From Marsupella aquatica (Eukaryota > Plantae > Marchantiophyta): DNA of 64,000 bases. The translations under genes and the position numbers were made by a program. The DNA lies in NCBI GenBank assembly GCA_973895155.1, contig OZ316896.1, positions 19,704,754 through 19,768,753 of the forward strand, given 5' to 3'. Every line of letters begins with the position of its first letter. The stretch's first letter is position 1. The notes beneath the pieces were generated by a model. It was not told the DNA's origin and ran no database searches. It saw only the letters and a program-made list of their open reading frames with translations. Shown piece after piece: positions 61,545-64,000 of the stretch.

Positions 61545-62475
61545 AGATGTCGAGTGATAAAAAGATGTCAGGTGATAGAAAGATGTCAAGGTGATAATAA
61601 GATGTCGAGTGATACAAAGATGTCAAGGTGATACAAAGTTGTCGAGGTAATACAAAGATGTTGAGTGATAAAAAGTGTCGAGTGATAGAAAGAAGTCAAG
61701 GTGATAATAAGATGTCAAGTGAGAAAAAGATGTCGAGGTGAGACAAAGATGTCGAGTGATAAAAAGATGTCAGGTGATAGAAAGATGTCAAGGTGATAAT
61801 AAGATGTCAGGCGATAGAAAGATGTCAAGGTGATAATAAGATGTCAAGTGATAAAAAGATGTTGAGGGGATACAAAGATGTCAAGGTGATAAAGATGTCG
61901 AGGTGATACAAAGTTGTCGAGGTGATAAAAAGATGTTGAGAAAAGATGTCAAAGAGAGAAAAATTATTGAGCTGAGCAAAAGATGTCGAGATGAGCAATA
62001 GATGTTGAGATGAACAAAAGATGTTCATGAGAGAAAAAGATGAGGAGGACATAAAAACATTTTGAGATAAGAAAACATATGTTTAGGCGAGGCACAAATG
62101 TCAAGGTGATAAAAGATTTAGGGTTATATGGCTGTTCATATAACCCTAAACCTTAATGCCTGTGCGTTGCACAAAAGATGTCGGGGTGAGGAAAAGATGT
62201 CGAGGTGAGGACAAAATGTTGAAGGGAGCAAACAATACCAAGGAGAGGGAAAGACGTCAAAGTGACACAAAGATGTTGAGGCGATGCAAAGAAATGTAGG
62301 TGAGCATTGCACAAAAGATTTTGAGGCAAGGAAAAGATGTAAAGGCAAAGTCAAGATGAGGAAAGTATGTGGAGGGAGGAAACCATTTTGAGGCGAGGAA
62401 AAGATGTCGAGGCAAGGCAAAGATGTCAAGGCGAGGAAAAAATGTCAACTAAGGAGAGACAAAGATGTCAAGGCA
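61545..62475. repeat. Degenerate ~18-20-bp satellite (aaagatgtc(g/a)aggtgat), dozens of units, right block
   Basis: Homogeneous core at 61545-61940 that decays rightwards. Interrupted near 62110-62170 by a telo-like hairpin (ttagggttatatg...catataaccctaa). Confidence 0.9.
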
Positions 62476-64000
62476 ACGCAAACTAATACGGGTGAGCTCA
62501 TTCTCCTTGCATTGCACAAAAAAACTGTTGTGCAAAAGATGTCATTAAATAAAAATATTGTTGTGCAAAAGATGTCATTGCATAAAAGATGTTGTTGTGG
62601 AAACAATATTGTTAACAAAAGAGGTGATGAAGAAAAATTTTCATTATGTAAAAGAAATTGTTGTGTAAAATATGTTGTTGCATTTAGGGTTTCATTGCAT
62701 ACGAGCCCTATGCCCGAGCTTTGCACGGTGCAATGAGGGCTGGCCCACAGGGCCGGGGGGCTGAGAGGCAAGAGAGGGCAAGTGGTAATCGAATCGAATG
62801 GATACAAAAATCCTCTAAAATATCTAACGGCCAGATTTGATTCCCGCCAATTCTGTATTTTATAACGGGACAAAAGACGAAAAAAGGCAGGATCACTTAT
62901 TATAGTTGTAGATAAATATGTCTTGGTATAAAATATTTAGTTTTGTAGATAAGAAATGGTTATCGTCACCAATCTCACATCCGATTCTCTCACCAAGCAT
63001 GGTCTCGCAAAGGGAGAGTTTTTGTTAAAAAAAATTAATTCTAATTTCAATTTTTGGTGTGCACAAAAATATTAAACTATCCCCAGATTATTTTACTTCT
63101 CATCTTTTCCCCAACTTTTACTACTTTACTCCATTTATTACACGTTTCCCTTCCTTACTTGTTTTTTTCTATATCCCCCTCCCTTCCTTTTTCCTTGAGG
63201 CCAATTCTTATCCTTATGGTACAGAGTGTCCTATCTTTTGGGGAGTGTATAACCTCTATGAGAAACCAAAAAGTACATTCTAATTAGCCCCATCATTGCT
63301 GTACCTTCAAGTACAATTGCCCACAGGCATTGAGCATTGAATGGTCAAGTGTGCCTTGGAGGTGGTACCTTGGCCTTACATACCTTTCACTGTGTATCTT
63401 TGCCCGTGAAATAAAATTGAGGGGGAGACAAATGGATAATTTTGGTATATCCAATGGTCATTAAAATTTTTCTTTTCAATGGATGATCTAGATTTTTTCC
63501 CTTCTTTTTAGATTTTTGTAAGCAGACTAAATCCAGAAATGGGAGGGATTGAATATTATAGTAACTTGATTTGAGTATACAGTAAACCTAACCCATCTGT
63601 CCATAGATCAGGTTCGCTCATCCTGGGCCCGTACCTCATAAAGGCCTAAGGCTTTATTCAAGGCTTCACTTATCAGTTTCCTAGGTATACAATACATAAT
63701 GCTCCCAAGAATGGAAGATACACCTCTAATTTTGAGAGTGCTACAAGGCCCCCCAAATGAGAGCTTCCATTCAAATTTTGAGAGAGTTTTATTACTAGTG
63801 ATGGTCTGATAACAGACATTTTTTGATGGTCTGGACAGACCTTTACACGTAAATGAGTAAGAGATTTTTGTTCTTCCCTATTTTAGTAAAAGTTGAATCA
63901 CACTATGTTTATCCGAATCTTGAGAGTGCATTCTTGTCCAATGATGCAAATTACAATGAGTAAAAATCATGGATGGCATATATTCTGCAGATACCAAAGT

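Noticed and set aside
61825-62873. Hydrophobic ORFs in the terminal satellite
   Set aside because: They are translation artefacts of the low-complexity repeat.

Overview
This is eukaryotic nuclear DNA from a compact, intron-rich land-plant genome, most likely a bryophyte or lycophyte (inferred from GT-AG introns, plant-type genes and TTTAGGG telo-boxes). I could trace seven apparently intact genes exon by exon: nicotinamidase (+), 18S rRNA methyltransferase BUD23 (+), DEAH helicase DHX35/DEAH9 (-, 23 exons), a DUF3082 plastid membrane protein (+), Pol III subunit RPC6 (+), a half-size ABCG transporter with a long repetitive N-terminus (-), and an intronless TOM2A/tetraspanin (-). The first ~9.6 kb is a mosaic: a Myb/SANT trihelix ORF, a small header-like micro-gene, an RRP41 pseudogene, and a decayed copy of the DHX35 5' end. 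Intergenic DNA holds several tandem arrays (62, 81, ~140 and ~19 bp units), foldback/MITE-like elements and decayed TE-like sequence. The most interesting candidate is an intronless 191-aa orphan ORF (40295-40870) with 15-aa coiled-coil repeats and a HEPN-type R-N-x3-H motif, in a repeat-bearing cassette. No rRNA, tRNA or CRISPR array was found. All homology calls come from recalled family motifs, not database searches.
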